DNA from: Octopus vulgaris
Lineage: Eukaryota
Direction of reading: 5' to 3'
DNA length: 64,000 nucleotides
NCBI GenBank assembly: GCA_951406725.2
Contig: OX597818.1
Coordinates: 26,350,001 to 26,414,000 of the forward strand
Positions within the stretch are counted from its first letter, which is position 1. Each line of letters begins with the position of its first letter. The notes below the pieces were generated by a model, which made no database searches, was not told the DNA's origin, and worked only from the letters and a program-made list of their open reading frames with translations. The position numbers and the translations under genes are program-made. Shown piece after piece: positions 37,776-52,586 of the stretch.

Positions 37776-40293
37776 ACTGATAAATTCAACTCTATCCAGC
37801 TGGTACAGCAACTTAGAGAGGATGTGCTACTTTTAGCTGAAGTGTTCTCAATGAAGATGATGTTTTCATTTGGTGCTCCTATGAATCATTGTTATATTTA
37901 TAAGTACTGGATAAAAACGGAAATAAACAGAATTAATGTTATGTCTTAGTACATCAACTTACACTTCTCAACTAAAATTCTTGTTTCATTCGCTTTATGA
38001 CACAAACTCTTGACTTCTATTGAATATTTGGTTGTTTCCAATGCTGATATGTCTTCAGAGTAACTTTTCTTTACAATCTCTCCTTATCATAACCAATAAA
38101 ATATTCTTAATTTACAGTCAATATCATTATAAGATTTTTCTTTAATATTTACTCTTATTATGGACTTTCTTATGATCCAGAACAAATATTCATAAGATTG
38201 TCTTCATTATAATTATCATAATTTAACAGGAAAATGAACACACTGGATCTAATTTCAAATCACATCAGTCTTAGTGTGCTTTTTTGATCAGTAAAAAATA
38301 AACCATGATAAATAGTTCAAGTTTGGATGAGTAATAGCGATGTCCAAGCTCATCTTGAGTAGAAGTCAAAACAAAAGGTCAACTTCTACAGCACTATTAT
38401 CAGAAAGCATTCAATATAGTAAAAGCTGATGAACTACCAAGCACCAACTGAGGAGATCAATGGTTTGCTATTGTATCGCCAGTACTGCATAGTTCATCAC
38501 CAAAACTCTAGATACTCAGCTGTCAAATTCATCCAGCTCAAACTAGTTTTATAGAGTGGTATAGTTAAGAGCTGTAAATAGAATCAACAGTGTGAAATTT
38601 GAGGGTATTTTGTAAGTTTTCAATGCTTAACAACCTGTTCTAAAAGAAAATGTTGAACAAGTGCTATAATAAACCTTGTGAAAGACCTAAAGCTGTGAAA
38701 CCGATGACACTAGAAGATGCTCAAAGACACAGGCATGGTTAAGGGGTTAAACAGTTTATTTCACAACTAAGTGGTTTTGTATTTGATCACACAGTGAAAA
38801 ATGCCTTTGAAAAATGCCTTTTATCATAGTCTTAGATCAACCAAAATTTTCTGAATTAAATTTGTAAGGTGGAAACAGGAAATCTATTAGAGGAACTGTT
38901 CTTATTCTTGAATGATAAACTTTACCTGTTGTTTGGTTTAATACCACCACCTGGCCATTAAGTGTTTTTAGCAAACATTTGGGCCATGTCTCTAATTTGT
39001 GAATAACCTCCCCCTCCCCACTCCCAGTCTCAGAGCCCCCACTCCCCAAATGTCATAGGTTCTGCCCTTCCTAAATCATGCACAAAAATAAATAAATAAA
39101 TAAGTTGTGAGTATGAAAGGGAAACTTCCAGTAATACAATATTTAGTGAAAAGGAATTTTTTTTCCATTGTCAACTATCATGCCAATTACATTTGTCAAT
39201 GATATGGTTTATATGATGCAAATCTGATATTAATATAAAACTTTTAGGAAACACTTTGACATTTACAAAGCCATGATTTCAAGTATTTAGTACAGATTCT
39301 AGTCCTTGTCTATAATTTTTTTTTCTTTTCTGTAATATGTTTAAACAGGCATTAATTAGGTAAATTGAAGAACATAATATAATATTGTTGTTATTCAGCT
39401 TCAAGTCAGTCCTTATTGAACAGATCCATGATCAAATGTGTTCCAGCTATGACCCTTCTATCTTTCTATGAATGTCGGCAACTATATTATCCAACTTGTC
39501 ATTTCTCTTTCTTTTCTAATGCTAGTGTGATTTGAAGAAAATTTGACTGCTATTTTTAGCAAGTAAAATGGTCATGTAAGCACTCACATGTTAACTTATA
39601 ATTAGCATTATTTAGTCCCAGGTTAACCCTGATTGAAAAAAGAACTAAGATTAAAATTATTTCAGCTTCAAGCATCCTGTCTTTTTGTATAAATAGAACT
39701 TCACTGTTCAATATAATCTCTTTTTTTAAGGTGGTACAGTGTCATTTGAAAGAATTTGGTTGCTATTTCTGGTAAGTTGATGACTATTTAGAGGCTTCCT
39801 TGTTGGCTTGCTTTCTCTGTTGCTGTATAACTTCAGTCAACCCTGTTAATATACAGATGACCAAGTCAGTAAAACCCAAAAAGAATTTGTAGATATATGT
39901 TAGATATGATAGGGTCTAATGTTTTTTTGGAAAAACAGTTTCTATTCGATTGCACAGGCTAGAATCAATTCATGGCTATAACATTCATATGTTAGTATTG
40001 TATGCTTCACACAATTTGTATATACTACAGATTTAACCTCACTAATGCAGGATATACTAGTCTAACAGTTTTGATGGTTTGGAATGGTAATTTGAATCGG
40101 GCAGGCATTAGAATATGATGGCTGCTTGACCAGCTGTGGTGTCCTGCATTATGTCTGCCAAATCTGACTTACAGTGGTTGATGCTGCAACAGAGGGATAG
40201 TTATTAACTATTTTTACTGATATTTTCCCCTTATATATGTCTCCTAAGCTTGTAGTGAAAGAGGTAGTACGCAGCAAAATGTAAACAGTGACA

Positions 40294-40554
40294 TTAACCC
40301 ATTTGTTACCACATTTCTGTCAACATACACTGCTTTTGTTTCAATTAATTTTTAAGATAATGAAGTATTTTGTAAAACAACTTTCTCATTATTGAGCTGG
40401 GGTCTGGAACAAATTAACATAAAATTTTCATGGGAGATTATAAGTTTATGTCAAAGATACACATATCTTTCTGAAAGCCCCATACCAATTTAACTTTATA
40501 CACCATTTGCTATTATGGGGCGGTACTCAGGCAGGTTGGTATCAACAGAGTTAA
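40294..40554. mobile_element. piggyBac-like MITE
   Basis: ttaa-cccatttgttacc ... ggtatcaacagag-ttaa. Confidence 0.45.
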
Positions 40555-40559
40555 ATCTG

Positions 40560-41060
40560 TTACAGAAGGTGTCAGTACTGAAACAGAATTGAGACTGATA
40601 CACTGATGAAAGCCTTGAGTGCAGAATATGATAGAGGTTCATCAACAGTATATGATGCTAAGAAACAAGAGAAAATAATAAAGTATTATGCTGGTACCAA
40701 AATCAAGAATGCTTACCAAAATAGTAGAAGCATTAAAAGAAAGTAAGCAGACACAGGTAGAAAGGACTCTTAAGCAATGGTGGCAACAGTTTTATGATGA
40801 TGATAGAATTTCTGGAGAAATTATCTCTGAACAGGCTAAAATATTCATAAGTAATTTAATATTCAAGAACATTTTAAATATTCAAATGCCTGACTTCACC
40901 TGTTTAAGGCACTTTATCAGTTGATATGATGTGTATTGTGAAAAGAAAATGCTGATGAAGTCACTGCTTTAGATTATGTGGTTATGTTTGCAAATTAAGT
41001 GATCAGTGGAAATTTATCAGCATAATCTAATTATGTAAAGTCACAAACACTTAAGGATAT
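40560..41060 (+). mobile_element. Tigger/pogo-like transposase HTH relic
   Basis: QVERTLKQWWQQ..ISGEIISEQAK resembles a CENP-B-type HTH. Confidence 0.45.
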
Positions 41061-41244
41061 ATTTCAGAGGGTTGCCAACAAGAATATTTAGCAACCCCAT
41101 AATAGTATTCAAAATCTTCTTCCTAGTACTTCCTCAGCTCATAAAAGATGATGACACAGATGTAAACTCATCTGATGTTTCTCAACTTTAATCACAAGAC
41201 GTGTAGAAGCATAAATACATTTTAGAAGTGATTTTTAAAATTCT

Positions 41245-42030
41245 TTTATTCTTTTACTTGTTTCAGTTATTTGATTGTAGCCATGCTGGAGTACCACCTT
41301 GTCAAGTTTTAGTTGAACAAGTCAACTCCAGGACTTATTTTCTGAAGCCAAGTACTTATTCTATTGGTCTCTTTTGCTGAACTGCTAAGTTATGGGGATG
41401 TAAACACACCAACACCGGTTGTCAAGCAGTGATGGTGGGGACAAACACAGACACAAAAGGATGCACACACACACACATGTATGCACACACACACACATGT
41501 ACGTGCACACACACACACACATGATACAAATAAGAAGGTGACATCTTTTTGAATGCAGAGTTGCCATTAGAACAGCTGAAATACTGGGTAAATTACCCTT
41601 ATATATGTATATATATATATATATATATACACAACAGGCTTTTTTCTGTTTCTGTCTACCAAATCCACTCACAAGGTTTTGGTCAGCCTGAGGCTATAGT
41701 AGAAGACACTTGCCCAAGGTGCCATGCAATGGCACTGAACTCTAAACAAGCATCTTACCACACAGCCATGCCTGCACTTAAAAAGAAAGTGACTTTTTTT
41801 ATCTTTTACTTGTTTCAGTAATGAGACTGTGGCCAAGCTGGGGCACTGCCTTGAAGTCTTAGTCGAATGAATTGCCCCCAGTACTTATTTTTTAAGCATG
41901 GTACTTATTCTATTGGTCTCTTTTGCTGAACTGCTAGGTTATGGGGGCGTAAATACACCAACACTGGTTGTCAAGTGGTAATGGGGAGACAAACACAGAC
42001 ACAAAGACACACACACACACACACACATAT
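41245..42030 (-). mobile_element. Two adjacent CORE-like SINE copies
   Basis: 41245-41775 and 41800-42030 match the 16905 family. Confidence 0.75.
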
Positions 42031-42889
42031 ACATACTTTTGGAGAGTTTAAGTTGCTTTGGTGGTATTTTTTCACCAAATAATTGAACTCCCGAGAAGGT
42101 TTATGAGTAGCACAGCTATCTGTGTTTCCGATTAACTTAGGAAAATCAAACCGAAGGCTGATTATTGTGGAGGTTGTTGCACTTTAATGATCATAGAACA
42201 TATAAGTTTGCAAGCATTGTGAAGTAGTGCTACTGAAGTGTCTTGGGTGTAGATTATGGATAATGACTACAAAATATAGTTGTTTTACATGAAAGCGAAA
42301 TTTCTTGTCTGAAACAGCCACATAAATGGTGTAATGATATTGAATGAAGATGTTGAAACTTTCCCCCTTCGTGTTTATTTTTCTCAGCAGCAAAGGGAGC
42401 TATTTTTTTGGAGAGATAAGCTAACAAAAGCCCCTTTATTCTGTCTTCCACATAGCCCATGCATAAATGAACAGCAAATGGTGTATAAAGTTAAATTGGT
42501 ATGGAGCTTTCAGAAAGATATGTATAGTTTTTGTGACTGGAAGCAAAACTCTTATTTAAAGGTTGATTCTTTGGAACAAATCATATGCGATTGTTTAAAA
42601 AAGGCCAAAATGACAATGCTAAAACATATTTGAAACAATGGACAACAGTAAAAATATCATAATGGATGGGTAAATAAGCATCCTTAAAGTGAAAGAATGC
42701 ATTGGTAGGTAAACAAAGGTATCAACAAATAGAAGAGAGGGAAGGGAACACCACCTTTCAAGTAACACAGAATAGGTAAAAGTAAGCTTGCCAAAGTTTA
42801 ATGCAGTTTAAATATGGAGGTGAAGATTGTTTGGTATTGGATATTCATCGTGTACAGTGTTCCTAGTCAATTTAACCACTGTGGCAGGT

Positions 42890-43395
42890 GAACAGTCGAA
42901 ATAAATAGACAAAATCCTTTCATTTTTATAAAAATATTATAAAAGTGTGGAAAACCCTACATACAAAAAAAAAGACTATCTCCATTTAGGTCCATTTACG
43001 CAGGAGCTCTGGGCAAAATGTTTAGTGCATGACCATCCTTGGGACATAAATAATGTGTGCATAAAGTTGGATAAAAATCAGTTGCAAATTGTGGAAATGT
43101 ATGCGTTTTGTGATCCTCGTTAATTTAATTATCGTTGCTAGTAGACAGTGGAAATAAATAAATAGACACAATCCTTTCACTTTTATAAAAAGATTGAAAA
43201 AGTATGGAAGACCCTACATACAAAAAACTATGTCCATTTACATCCATTTACATAGGGGCTCTGGGCAAAATGTTATAGAGCATGACCATCTTTGGGACAT
43301 AAATAATGTGTATGTAAAGTTTAGTGAAAATCAGTTGAGAATTGTGGAAACATATGTGTTAGTCATTATACGCACATACTGGGATTTATATATAC
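42890..43395. repeat. Diverged ~260-bp tandem pair, Helitron-like non-autonomous end
   Basis: Two copies of aaataaatagac..ctctgggcaaaatg..aaaatcagttg..attgtggaaa; the Helitron assignment is inference. Confidence 0.5.
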
Positions 43396-43413
43396 TATAT
43401 ATATATATATATA

Positions 43414-44703
43414 TTGGGTTGGCAACTAAGTTCCTGCCGTTTTTTAAAATTAAAATTTTTAAAAGGGTTAATAAAAAATAACAACTAATTAATCAATAAT
43501 GTATTCACCCTTGTTGCTTACAACTTCTTCCCAACATTCAACAAGATTTTCAATACCTCATTGGTAGAAATCACCTGATTTCGACTCGAAAAATTGATCC
43601 AATCAAGCTTTCAATTCTGCATTAGTATTGAATGAAACTCCGCGCACTGCATTTGAAAGTGATTGAAAGAGGTGGAAATCCATTGGTGCTAAACAGGAGA
43701 GTATGGTGGGTGTAGCAGCACTTACCAGCCATGTTTTTGAATGGCTTCTTTGGTCATATTGGCGATATGAGGGTGGGTGTTGACATGCAGCAGAAGAACT
43801 CCATGCTGCCAATTAGGTCTTTTCTCTTGAATAGTCGTGTTAAGTTGTTCCATTTGTTGAAAATAGAGTTCCACGTTGACTGTTTGGTTCTGTTCAAGCA
43901 ATTCGTAATGGATAATCCTTTCCTAGTCCCACCATATGCACAACATCGTTTTACGCGGATGAAGATCTTGTTTTACACGGATGAAGATCTTCTTTCACAT
44001 GTGGTATCACTAGTTTACCGGAGCTAAGCTAATCCTTATACTGCTTCATATTGATGTACAGGCACCATTTTTCGTCACCAGTAACAATTCAGTAAAGAAA
44101 TCGTTGCTTATGTCCATGAGTTGAGAGGTGACGAGCAAGCAAACCAGCAGAGATTGTGTCTCATTGATTTTTGTTGTTGTCACTTAAAGCATGCGGAACT
44201 CATGCTCCATACTTCTGAACCTTTCCCATCTAGTGAAGATGCTTCTCTATAGCAGTTTAGGTGCATTCCATTTTCTCTGCCAGTTCCCTTGTCATTTGAT
44301 GAGAATTTTTGTGCAAAAGTTGGTTTAATTGCTCTTCATCAAACTCAACTGGATGGCCAGAATGAGGTGCATCTTCGAGGTCAAAATTTCCATTTTTGAA
44401 CTTGGCATACCAATCACAAGCGGTTCTTTCAGCTATGGCACCCTCTCCATACACAGCACAAATGTCGCGAGCAGCTTTTGCAGCCTTAGAACCTTGATTA
44501 AAGGCAAAAAGACGGAAGTATTGAAAATACTCGTTTTTCTTAACTTGACATTCCATTTTAATGATCTGAAAATAGACAAAAATTAACTAAAATTAACTAA
44601 AAAAAAAACCAAAATAGATTCCAAAATGATTCAAAAATAGAATTCTCGAAAAAATAAATTCTAAAATTTAAAAAAAACAGCAGGAACTTAGTTGCCAACC
44701 CAA
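43414..44703 (-). mobile_element. Full-length (~1.29 kb) mariner, defective transposase
   Basis: TIRs ttgggttggcaactaagttcctgc / gcaggaacttagttgccaacccaa in TA context. ORF MECQVKKNEYF..ICAVYGEGA..WYAKFKNGNFDLED, with LAPMDFHLF downstream. Confidence 0.92.
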
Positions 44704-44711
44704 TATATATC

Positions 44712-46320
44712 ATCATCATCATTAATCATCATCGTTTAGCGTCCATTTTCCATGCTAGCATGGGTTGGATGATTTGATTGAGGACTGGCGAACCAGATGG
44801 CTGCACCAGGCTGCAATCTGATCTGGCAGAGTTTCTACAACTGGATGCCCTTCCTAATGCTAACCACTCCGAGAGTGTAGTGGGTGCTTTTACGTGCCAC
44901 CAGCACGAAGGCCAGTCTGGCGGTACTGGCAATGGCCACGCTCAAATGGTGTTTTTTATGTGCCACCTGCACAGGAGCCAGTCCAGCAGTACTGGCAATG
45001 ACTTCACTTGAATATTTTTTCATGGCCACCAGCACAAGTGCCAGTAAGGCAATGCTGGTAATGATCATGCTCGAATGGTGCTTTTTACGTTCCACTGGCA
45101 CTGAAGCAATACTTGAATGGTGCTCATAGAACTCCACTAGCACAGATACCAGTCATGTGGTGCTGTTATCAAATTTGATTTCAATTTTGATCTCACTTGC
45201 CTCAAAAGGTTTTCACAAACAGAGTTTAATGTCCAATGAAAGAAAGGTACACATAAGTGGGCTGGTTATACCCCTGGCATAGGCCACTGGTTATGGTCTC
45301 ACTTGGCTTGCCGGGTCTTCTCATTTTTCTAAAGGTCTCAGTCACTAGTCATTGCCTTGGTGAGGCCTAATGTTCGAAGGTCGTGCTTCACCACCTCATC
45401 CCAGGTCTTCTTGGGTCTACCTCTTCCACAGGTTCCCTCAACCACTAGGATGTGGCACTTTTTCACACAGCTATCCTCACCCATTCTCACGACATGACTA
45501 TACCAGTGCAGTCGTCTCTCTTGCACACCACATCTGATGCTTCTTAGGTCCAACTTTTCTCTCAAGGTACTTACACTCTGTTGAGTATGCATACTAACAT
45601 TACACATCCAGTGGAGCATACTGGCTTCATTCCTTGCAAAGTTACACATGACCTCATCAGTCATGGCTCATGTTTCACTGCCATGTAGCATGGCATACAC
45701 ATGTGTTATAGTTTACCTTTTACTCTGAGCGAGAGGCACTTTGTCACCAGCAGAGGTAAGAGCTCTCTGAACTTTGCCCAGGCTATTCTTATTCTATCAG
45801 CTACATTTTCAGAACACCCACCCCCGCTACTGACTTGGTTACCCAGGTAACGGAAGCTATCAACTACTTCTAGTTTTTTTCCCTGGAATGTGGCAGAAGT
45901 TGTTCTCTGCACATTTTCAGTGTTTATTGCTCCTGAGCATCTGCCACATACAAAAACTATCTTCCCAGTTAGCCTTCCTTTGATATTGCTGCACCTCTTA
46001 TGTGTCCATAGCTTACACTGGGTACATCTTATAGAGTTTCTACCTACGCCTTTTTCTACAGATCGAGCAGGGCCATCTACCTGAAGGGATTTGTGGTTTG
46101 TCTGCTTTCCTACTTATTAGGACTTTGGTTTTAGCTTGGTTGACTCTATGGCCCTTTGATTCTAATCCTTGCTTCAACACCTGAAACTTATCTTCTAGTT
46201 CTGATAGTGACTCAACAATTAGAGCAAGGTCATCAGCATAGAGGAGCTCCCAGGGGCATCCTGTTTTGAATTCCTCTGTTATTGCCTGAAGGACTATGAT
46301 AAATAGGAGGAGGCTGAGGT
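44712..46320 (-). mobile_element. RTE-clade LINE, 5'-truncated
   Basis: ELLYADDLAL, PHD insert, LEVVDSFRYLG, GRGRPKKTW; (cat)n tail at 44710. Confidence 0.9.
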
Positions 46321-47111
46321 TTAGTAGATGACATTTGCCTAAGGTGGGACTGAACTCAAAATCATGAGTTTGGAAAGCAAACTTCCTAACAACAGGGCTA
46401 TGCCAATAAATGCATACATACACATGTACATACATGTACATACATAAACTTAGTTGTGGAGGCACATGGCCTAGTGGTTAGAGCAGCGGACTCATGGTCG
46501 AGGGATTGCGGGTTAGAATCTCAGACCAGACGATGTGTGTGTTTATGAGCGAAAAACCTAAGCTCCATGCGACTCCGGCAGAAGGTAATGGTGAAACTGC
46601 TGCTGACTCTTCTGCCACAATTTTCTCTCACTCTTCCTCCTGCATCTTGCAGCTCACCTGCAATGGGCCGGCATCCCATCCAGGTGGGGAACCTAAACAC
46701 CAAGAAACCGGGAAACCAGCCCTATGAGCCAGGCATGGCTCGAGAAGGAACAAACAACAATCTATGCCTGTAATATCTCTAGATATTCTGCTACCAACAT
46801 TTAAAAGCTTTGTATATTAAAACTTATTAAAGAAAATGTGTTCTACTCAGAAATACAACAAAATACCAACAACAGATTTAAACTAAAAAATAATTTTCTT
46901 TCCATTTTTACTGATGTGTCACGAAATTCTGGCCCTATGGATTCATCTTTGATACATTTCTCTTGATATATCTATCAATTTTCTTCAGGCAAATTTCACA
47001 GCAATTTAGTTGCATAAAGAAAGAAATGATTTCCCTCACCTCTTACTGTTATTATAATTAATGTAAGAAGAATCTTTATCATTGTTATTATTAGTATTAT
47101 TGTTGTTGTTG

Positions 47112-47145
<34 letters not shown>

Positions 47146-47357
47146 CATCATTATTATATTTTAAAAAGGATTGACAAAACTCTTCACAAAGGTAAACAGT
47201 CAAAACGAAGAGCACGATTTGATTGTAAGATATTTTATTAGTTAAACGATATTTCAATGTAAGTCTGTCTTTGTCAAGTTCAAAATAAGAAGTGATAAAA
47301 ATTCAAAATTATAGAAATTTAAACGTAAAGTATGAACGAGAGCAACCAGCGTCCACG

Positions 47358-47433
<76 letters not shown>

Positions 47434-47477
47434 CATCATCATCATCATCATCATCATCATTATAATAATAATAATAA

Positions 47478-47865
47478 GCTGTGTGGTAAGAAGCTTGCTA
47501 ACCAACCACATGGTTCCGGGTTCAGTCCCACTGCGTGGCATCTTGGGCAAATGTCTTCTGCTATAGCTTCAGGCCGACCAATGCCTTGTGAGTGGATTTG
47601 GTAGACGGAAACTGAAAGAAGCCTGTCGTATATATGTATATATATGTATGTAAGTGTGTGTGTTTGTGTGTCTGTGTTTGTCCCCCTAGCATTGCTTGAC
47701 AACCGATGCTGGTGTGTTTATGTCCCCGTCACTTAGCGGTTCGGCAAAAGAGACTGATAGAATAAGTACTGGGCTTACAAAGAATAAGTCCCGGGGTCGA
47801 GTTGCTCGACTAATGGCGGTGCTCCAGCATGGCCGCAGTCAAAATGACTGAAACAAGTAAAAGAG
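47478..47865 (+). mobile_element. CORE-like SINE within (TAA)/(CAT) microsatellites
   Basis: Same family as 16905, plus orientation. Confidence 0.85.
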
Positions 47866-47914
47866 TATTATTATCATCATCTTCATCATCATCTTCATCA
47901 CCATCATCATCATC

Positions 47915-48042
<128 letters not shown>

Positions 48043-48992
48043 CATTATTATTATTATTATTATCAAGATGGCAAGCTGGCAGAATCATTAGCATGCTGGA
48101 GGAAATGCTTAGGAGTATTTTACCCATTGCTCTGTTCTGAGTTCAAATTCTGCTGAGATCGGCTTTGCCTTTGATCCCTTCAGGGTCCATAAAATAAGAG
48201 CCAGTTGAAGACTGGGTTGATGTAATTGACTCATCCCCTCCCGCAAAATTGCTGCCCTTGTGGCAAAATTTGAAACCATTATTGTTGTTGTTGTTCTTCT
48301 TATTCTTCTTTGTATTTGTTGTTGTTTTTTTTTCAGTCATAAACATGTTCAGAATGAAAGGTGTTAGCTGGCTCATTCAAACATGCCAAAGAAGTAAATT
48401 TATGGAAGCAACAAGAACAACAACACAAACAATAGCTGCAAATTGAAACTGAGTCACATACAATATTCTTTGCTGATATGGGTAGCCTGTTAACTCTTTC
48501 AATGATATGTTAAAACTTCATTGATAACAAAATTAGGAAGATTTTCGGCAATCATAACCAGTTTTAAATGCTTGTTTTGCTAATTTCTCTGCTCTGCATC
48601 AACCTCCACTGCCACATCTCTCATACAATTATTTCTTACCCTTCTGGCATGCTTTCTCTTTTGATTGAGATTTCTCATGCACTTCTCCATTCATATCCAC
48701 CAAACCTTCATTCCCACTATCCTTCTACCACTTTTTCCTCATCCTTTCATTATCCTCTTACTCATTGCCTCACTCTCTCTTTGCATGTTAACACTCTTTC
48801 CGCAACTTATTCTCTTTATTCAATTCTCTTCTTCCCAATCAGCTTAGGTTTCTAAAACTCCCAAGCAATGAGTCTGCCATACAAATTATTCAAGTTTAGA
48901 GTGATTCATGTCTCAAAAATTGTGCACAAAATTCTCTTCTTCACTGGACAATATATTGTAGGCTAGCATTCTTGATTTAAACTTGTTTATAC

Positions 48993-49045
<53 letters not shown>

Positions 49046-49054
49046 TTATATATA

Positions 49055-49103
<49 letters not shown>

Positions 49104-49349
49104 ATGAGTGTATGAATGTGTGTGTGTGTGTATATTTAGGTATATATATATATTCATATATATATATATATGAATGAATATATCTTGATGATAATATGCA
49201 ATGTATGCACACACACACGCACACACACACATGGTGTATATACATATATTCATATACACATAGGTGTATGTGCATGTATATATATATATATTAATTTCCT
49301 CCTCATCATGGTCATCATCGTCATCGTCACCACCACCACCACCACCACC

Positions 49350-49379
<30 letters not shown>

Positions 49380-49383
<4 letters not shown>

Positions 49384-49680
49384 TTATTTAACGTCTGTTG
49401 TCTTTGCTGGCATGGGTTGGATGATTTTACCAGGACTAGCAAGCTGGAAGGCTGCACCAGACTCCAGTTTGATTTGACATGGTTTCTATGGCTGGATGCC
49501 CTCCTAACACCAACCACAAGAGTGTAATTGGTGCTTTTATGTGCCACCAGCATGGGTGCCATTTGTGTGGCACCAGTATCTGCCATGACTGCAATTTTGC
49601 TTTGCTTGATGGGTCTTCGTCTCAAGCATGACATAATGCCAAAAGTCTCAGTCATTGCCTCTGTGAGGCCCAACACTCGA
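49380..49680 (-). mobile_element. RTE 3' fragment
   Basis: Matches the RTE 3' UTR. Confidence 0.75.
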
Positions 49681-50287
49681 ATATGTATATTCCAGGAGGT
49701 AACAAGCTCTAAAGACCAAACTATATTTGCCCATTTAGAATAAAGGACTCAAAAATTATTCTAAGAGTGAATAAAATATTTAAATCCATTATCATCAGTC
49801 CAACAAAATATATGGATTAAATAGTTTATATACATTTATATCTTTAATATATATAAAGTTAGAGGTTGTGAATCCAACCAACTAAGGGATAGTATCTATC
49901 TAATATACTGCACGTAATATACCCAATTATTAATACACAAGTGTTGGTTATTGCGTGGCAATTACATTATTGAACGTAATAAATGGGCGAGGGTAAAAAG
50001 TGGTTTACACTTAATTTATATGGCAATTTATATGTATATGAATATATATATATGTATATATATATATATATGTACACATGTGTGTGTATGTATATAATAT
50101 TTTTTTGTAAACAAACATCACATGTGTTTTCTGAGAGCTGACGGTTTCCACATACAGAAACCCTACTTTTTTCCCAACAAGGTCTTATATGCCCCAATAT
50201 TAGATTATTTTCTTACTAATTACAGAGTGATTACTTATAAGTTCTAAGCTTATAAAATATTATTTTTATCATATATATATATATATA

Positions 50288-50477
<190 letters not shown>

Positions 50478-50511
50478 ATTGTGTGTGTGCGTATATGTGT
50501 ATATATATATA

Positions 50512-50760
50512 TCATCATCATCATCATCATCATCATCGTTTAACGTCCGTTTTCCGCGCTAGCACGGGTTGGACGGTTTCGACCGGGGTCTGGGGAGCTC
50601 GGGACTGCCCCAGGCTCCAGTCTAGTCTGGCAGTGTTTCTACAGCTGGATGCCCTTCCTAACGCCAACCACTCCGCGAGTGTAGTGGGTGTTTTTTACGT
50701 GCCACCTGCACAGGTGCCAGAGGGGTCTGGCATCGGCCACGTTCGGATGGTGTTTTTTAT
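50512..50760 (-). mobile_element. RTE-tail-derived short element
   Basis: (cat)n then cgtttaacgtccg..ctggatgcccttcctaacgccaacc. Confidence 0.7.
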
Positions 50761-50761
50761 G

Positions 50762-51668
50762 GGGGGGTGCAGAAATATAGGGGAGCACCAGTGGGAGGGG
50801 TGGTTCAGAGGACAGGTACTAGTCAAGTAGAACGTAGGATATCGAGAGAGGGGTAATGCATGGTGAAATAGCGTATTGAAGAGGGGGTTCAAAGAGTAGA
50901 CACCTATAATGGTGGTGGGGGGTGCAGAAATATAGGGGAGCAGCGTATTGAAGAGGGGGGTTCAAAGAGTAGACACCTATAATGGTGGTGGGGGGTGCAG
51001 AAATATAGGAGAGCACCAGTGGGAGGGGTGGTTCAGGGGACAGGTTCTAGGCAAGTAGAACGTAGGATATCGAGAGAGGGGTAATGCATGGTGAAATAGC
51101 GTATTGAAGAGGGGGGTTCAAAGAGTAGACACCTATAATGGTGGTGGGGGATGCAGAAATATAGGGCCGCACCAGTGGGCGGGGTGGGCACCAGTGGGAG
51201 GGGTGGTTCAGAGGACAGGTTCTAGGCAAGTAGAGCGTAGGATATCGAGAGAGGGGTAATGCATGGTGAATAGCGTATTGAAGAGGGGGTTCAAAGAGTA
51301 GACACCTATAATGGTGGTGGGGGTGCAGAAATATAGGGGAGCACCAGTGGGAGGGGTGGTTCAGAGGACAGGTTCTAGGCAAGTAGAACGTAGGATATCG
51401 AGAGAGGGGTAATGCATGGTGAAATAGCGTATTGAAGAGGGGGTTCAAAGAGTAGACACCTATAATGGTGGTGGGGGGATGCAGAAATATAGGGAGCACC
51501 AGTGGGAGGGGTGAGCACCAGTGGGAGGGGTGAGCACCAGTGGGAGGGGTGGTCCAGAGGACAGGTTCTAGGCAAGTAGAACGTAGGATATCGAGAGAGG
51601 GGTAATGCATGGTGAAATAGCGTATTGAAGAGGGGGTTCAAAGAGTAGACACCTATAATGGTGGTGGG
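50762..51668. repeat. G-rich tandem array, ~155-bp unit, ~5.5 copies
   Basis: gcagaaatatagg recurs at ~50769, 50924, 50997, 51153, 51325 and 51481. Confidence 0.9.
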
Positions 51669-51734
51669 AGAAAAACGACATCCGGTATAGTTGGAGCAAA
51701 ATAGAGATATCCGGTATTGGTGGTGGGGGTGGGT

Positions 51735-52586
51735 AGCCAATTTCTATAAGGGAGATAGATCTTAAAATATCAATAACGATAACTAGTGAATTATACAGAA
51801 TATGCAAAACGAGGCGAGGCGAGGCGAGGCTGAAATAGTAAACAGAGTGGCGACTAGGGGGATCAGAATAATAATAATTAATAAATAATAATAATAAATA
51901 GAGATACGGATGAATTAAAGTTCAAAGATTTCTTATCTTGAGATCACTTCGTTTACGGACAGACTTGGCAAAAGGAATTCGGAATCAAGAATGAGGCAGT
52001 TTACTAGCTTAAGTATGCAATAGCCATGGCGGGTGGTAGGAAGAGAGAGTCCAGACAGACGACAATGTAACAAGAGGGGAGAGAAGGGAAGAGAAAAAGA
52101 AAAACCCCGCGAAGAATCGGCAGCCAATTTCTATAAGGGAGATAGATCTTAAAATATCAATAACGATAACTAGTGAATTATACAGAATATGCAAAACGAG
52201 GCGAGGCGAGGCGAGGCTGAAATAGTAAACAGAGTGGCGACTAGGGGGATCAGAATAATAATAATTAATAAATAATAATAATAAATAGAGATACGGATGA
52301 ATTAAAGTTCAAAGATTTCTTATCTTGAGATCACTTCGTTTACGGACAGACTTGGCAAAAGGAATTCGGAATCAAGAATGAGGCAGTTTACTAGCTTAAG
52401 TATGCAATAGCCATGGCGGGTGGTAGGAAGAGAGGAGTCCAGACAGACGACAATGTAACAAGAGGGGGAGAGAAGGGAAGAGAAAAAGAAAAACCCCGCG
52501 AAGAATCGGCAGCCAATTTCTATAAGGGAGATAGATCTTAAAATATCAATAACGATAACTAGTGAATTATACAGAATATGCAAAAC

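Noticed and set aside
38300-38750. piggyBac 3' end (ggggttaa, Cys-rich remnant)
   Set aside because: Too degraded to support and no partner TIR seen.
49845-50270. TA-flanked insert with gaaaccgtc on the minus strand
   Set aside because: May be a PLE tail, but no CUGANGA box was found.
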